Shown: in pieces, positions 30,517 through 32,000 of the stretch
How the letters are laid out: the number at the start of each line of letters is the position of its first letter
Position numbering within the stretch: the stretch's first letter is position 1
NCBI RefSeq assembly: GCF_000011465.1
Contig: NC_005072.1
Span: 1,290,001 to 1,322,000, forward strand
Length of the DNA stretch: 32,000 nt
Direction: 5' to 3'
Source: Prochlorococcus marinus subsp. pastoris str. CCMP1986
GTDB taxonomy: Bacteria; Cyanobacteriota; Cyanobacteriia; PCC-6307; Cyanobiaceae
Made by a program: the position numbers and the translations under genes
Notes under the pieces: model-generated
What the model was told of the DNA's origin: nothing
Seen by the model: the letters and a program-made list of their open reading frames with translations, nothing else
The model's database searches: none

Positions 30517-31008
30517 TGATTGATAAATCTTTCTAAAAGATATTGATAATTAAAATAACATTTAATATTATTCGCAATTTTAAAACTTAAATATCTTTTT
30601 TAGCGCTTGTATTAATACTTGAAGTTCCTTTAGCCGCTGATACAAAGAAAACAAAACCTACTAATCCTGCAATACCAAAAATTGCAGCTAAATGGTCAAA
30701 AGTAAAAAGAGAACATAAAAAACTATAAAATAAAGATAAATAATAGTTTTTGAATCCAAATTTCACAATTATTGTTAAGTAACATTTGTCACATTAATAT
30801 ATCTCAAGACGTCAATATTAATTAATTAGTAGAAAATATTTAAGTAAAAAACTTATATTTAGAAATCAAATAAGGATATAATTTCCTAAGGAATTATTCT
30901 CTAAACCCTTTTCGTAACTGGTATTCATTTTTTATTTTATACAATTTCATGGAGAGAAAATAGATCAATATATCCACAATTAACTTTTTTTTTGTTTAAA
31001 GTATATTT

Positions 31009-31188
31009 ATGACAGAAATCTATTCAGCAACTTCATCAATAAGTCCATTCTCAGCAATCTTATGGTGTTTTTACCCTATAGCTATATTAATTTTGGTTGA
31101 GTTGTTTCTAGGTGGAGGATTTGACGATGATAATGATGATCAAGATGGTGGAATGATGATCCCTGCATATTCAGGAGCTAAGAATTAA
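31009..31188 (+). CDS. Untracked 59-aa single-TM protein with acidic DDDNDDQDGG motif
   Basis: MTEIYSATSSISPFSAILWCFYPIAILILVELFLGGGFDDDNDDQDGGMMIPAYSGAKN. Confidence 0.65.
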   Translation: MTEIYSATSSISPFSAILWCFYPIAILILVELFLGGGFDDDNDDQDGGMMIPAYSGAKN

Positions 31189-31267
31189 ATTAAGCTAAGA
31201 ATTAAATTAAATTTTTAAATTTATAATTTTAAAATCTTAAAATTCAAGTTCGTTATTATAATTTAAA

Positions 31268-31387
31268 TTGACTTATTCATTAATAGTATTAGCCACTTTA
31301 ATCCTTGTATTTCTTTATTGGTTAGTAACTAAAACACTTAAAGAAGGCAAGGAGGCTCTTAAGGAGATGAGTAAAAATACTAAATAA
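31268..31387 (+). CDS. Untracked 39-aa single-TM small protein, TTG start candidate
   Basis: (TTG)TYSLIVLATLILVFLYWLVTKTLKEGKEALKEMSKNTK; in-frame stop just upstream, no ATG. Confidence 0.4.
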   Translation: MTYSLIVLATLILVFLYWLVTKTLKEGKEALKEMSKNTK

Positions 31388-31720
31388 CCATTTTTATTCC
31401 CCTTTATTCATAATGTAAATTTTATAAATTAGAAGAAACAAAACTACAATTATGTTTAAAATTTATTTTAAGTTAAATAGAAATTACCTATTAATTTAGA
31501 TTAATTTTTTATTTTGACAAATTTCTGACGAAAACTCAAGATGCATCTTAATTCTCTACTTTATATTTTTTCTATTTCTTTATTTATTTATGTCATGGCT
31601 TTATTTTGGAGAGATCTTCCAAATCAAAAAAAGAAGTAAAAGATAATTATTATTAATTTTGTTGCCTATTCAAATAAATTTAGTTATTAATTTAATGATG
31701 TTTCTATTAATTTTATATAT

Positions 31721-31885
31721 ATGCAAATTGAATCTTCAAATAATTCAAAAGATGATGCCTTTCCACAGTCATTGAAAATTGAAAAAGAAAATATTATTTG
31801 TAAAGACGGCTTTTGTACATTACCAATTCAAAATCAAAATCAAAACATAATTAAAAACAACGTGAATTTATTCGATCCTATTTAA
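31721..31885 (+). CDS. Untracked 54-aa soluble small protein with CKDGFC motif
   Basis: MQIESSNNSKDDAFPQSLKIEKENIICKDGFCTLPIQNQNQNIIKNNVNLFDPI. Confidence 0.5.
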   Translation: MQIESSNNSKDDAFPQSLKIEKENIICKDGFCTLPIQNQNQNIIKNNVNLFDPI

Positions 31886-32000
31886 AATAAAGGAATACAT
31901 TAATTAATTCTCTTAAGCGAATACTCTTTGAATAGTAATGTTTATTTAATAAATGATTAAATTTAGAGCTTATGTATAATAATTTTTTGAATGCCTATCA

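Noticed and set aside
1-32000. CRISPR array, IS element, prophage or toxin-antitoxin/defence cassette
   Set aside because: No regularly spaced repeats, transposase or integrase motifs, terminal inverted repeats or recognisable defence domains seen; gene content looks like core chromosome.

Overview
This AT-rich, gene-dense window has the gene content and order expected of a high-light Prochlorococcus-type marine picocyanobacterial core chromosome. Recognisable loci in order: purC (partial), purD, nblS-like sensor kinase, kaiC-kaiB (no kaiA), rplU-rpmA, a SAM methyltransferase, truB, SpoIID-like, ribonuclease Z-like, a lumenal pentapeptide-repeat protein, a petF-type 2Fe-2S ferredoxin, prmA, serA, an S4-domain RNA-binding protein, tRNA-Val(GAC), an ICMT/DUF1295-like protein, a PNPOx-like protein, DoxX, a photolyase-like FAD-domain protein, an SDR, murD, pirin, DUF1643, DUF2214, a GAF protein, an HI0933-family flavoprotein, an EamA transporter and a cupin. 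I see no CRISPR array, transposase, phage module or obvious defence system. The most interesting material is small: (i) a PepSY/TM-like small gene that appears split by a 1-nt shift at a T7 run into two ORFs overlapping by ATGA; (ii) a series of untracked small ORFs in the last ~4 kb, two of which share a transmembrane helix followed by a DDQDGG acidic motif; (iii) a tRNA-Val with C instead of the near-universal U at position 33; (iv) a photolyase-like protein lacking the N-terminal antenna domain; (v) the KaiA-less kaiBC arrangement. All identifications are from motif recognition by eye; no database search was run.
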